The notes under the pieces are model-generated. The model searched no databases, had not been told where the DNA came from, and saw only the letters and a program-made list of their open reading frames with translations. A stretch of 63,798 bases of DNA, filler included, from Reticulomyxa filosa (Eukaryota; Protista; Foraminifera), in assembly GCA_000512085.1 (NCBI GenBank). It is 27 parts of 27 records of this genome, joined end to end, with 100 filler letters (N's around TTAATTAATTAA, not from the genome) between each part and the next. Parts side by side here need not be neighbours in the genome. Positions count along the whole stretch, not along the records: positions 62,799 to 63,798 come from ASPP01013087.1; 26 more parts are not named here. One strand, written 5' to 3'. Of this stretch, positions 62,930 to 63,798 are shown piece by piece (the first letter of the stretch is position 1; each line of letters opens with the position of its first letter). The translations under genes and the position numbers were made by a program.

Positions 62930-63755
62930 TCATATTCTAATCAAAAGCACTATCGTAACAAGGAAGACAAGATCAATACCAATACCAATACCAATGCCAA
63001 CGGCGGTCGTGGTCAAAGTAGAAAGAAGGCTGTGACACGTGATGATGACAGGGAAGAAGAAAAGATGAACGAAAGCGAGAGGGACTCCATATCACCGCTG
63101 ACACGAACTCCAGTGGCGATGCCTCGTAGTGCTCATCCTCGTGGAAGTGGAAGTAGAGTGGATGAACGTAAAGTGGAGTCGGAGCGCCACGTGCGCAAGA
63201 TATCGAAGACGTCGTCGAAGCAAGTGACATTGAAAAATGCGTTGAAGCAAAAGAAGGCCACCCCTCCTGTGAAGAAGCGAAAGAGCTCTGGAGACGTGGT
63301 TACGCTTCCATCTCCCCCTTCTGCGCGCAGTCGAAAGGTCTACGGCTACGTGTCTGTGTCGCCCAACGTGTATCCCTATGGCGACCGTGTCAAGCATGAT
63401 ACCACTCCCTCCCATATGATGTACATGCCCACTAATACCAATGCTAATGCCAATACTAATATCAATACCAATACACAGCCACAGTCACATGTGCATTTGC
63501 ACGTGCAACCCCTTTCCACCATGCTTTCGCTACCCCCATCGGCACCCCTGTCACCATTGCCACTCACACAACAAATATCTCTGCTTCAGCCCAAGTCCCA
63601 ACAACAACGATTGACACCACCTCAAATGCATCAGTTCCTCACCGCCGCTCATGCGTTGAACATGCTTCCCAATTACAGTCAAAGTCAGAGCAATCTGAAT
63701 CCTCAACAACAACAGCAGCAACAACAGCAGCAACAACAACAGCAACAGCAACAGC

Positions 63756-63798
<43 letters not shown>
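62930..63798 (+). CDS. Hypothetical low-complexity Pro/Gln-rich protein fragment
   Basis: GC-richer coding-like sequence (SPNVYPYGDR...TNTNANANTN...PQSHVHLHVQP) running into a CAA/CAG tract. Reading frame not continuous. Confidence 0.4.
63704..63798 (+). repeat. (CAA/CAG)n microsatellite
   Basis: caacaacaacagcagcaa... continues to the window end. Confidence 0.9.

Noticed and set aside
1-63798. A single 'defence island' joining the NACHT, RelA/SpoT-like, RNF213-like, TED-like and WD40 genes
   Set aside because: These lie on different contigs separated by artificial spacers, so physical linkage cannot be inferred.
1-63798. tRNA or rRNA genes
   Set aside because: No cloverleaf or rRNA-like conserved segment recognised by eye; tRNAscan-SE or Infernal would be needed to exclude them formally.

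Overview
This is not one locus. It is a concatenation of 27 short eukaryotic contigs (about 1-12 kb) joined by 26 artificial 100-bp spacers (N44-TTAATTAATTAA-N44, a six-frame stop linker), so adjacency across spacers has no biological meaning. The DNA is AT-rich, has short GT-AG introns full of poly(A)/poly(T) and (AT)n, and shows many homopolymer frameshifts and pseudogenes. Style and gene families suggest a foraminiferan such as Reticulomyxa filosa (inference). Recognisable conserved genes: a G-protein alpha subunit, a TRMT2A/Trm2-like tRNA methyltransferase, a Bub2/Cdc16-like TBC GAP, tepsin (ENTHD2), an SDR oxidoreductase, a probable DPH6 C-terminus and a Cys-less pentameric ligand-gated channel ectodomain. 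Mobile DNA: a decayed LINE ORF2 and a LINE ORF1. The most interesting content is a fast-evolving beta-propeller repertoire: tandem WD40 genes with variable top-face residues, gene-conversion tracts, swapped N-termini, a shared ~33-aa 'HWIRxxxIKLGWIxDFDK' box that also links Kelch to WD40, and shared promoter motifs. Other conflict/immunity-type pieces on separate contigs are a NACHT-HEAT pseudogene, a decayed RelA/SpoT-like nucleotidyltransferase, an RNF213-like C-terminus and an intronless protein with a thioester-domain-like FCID...QxxVW signature. All family assignments come from motif recognition by eye; no database searches were run.
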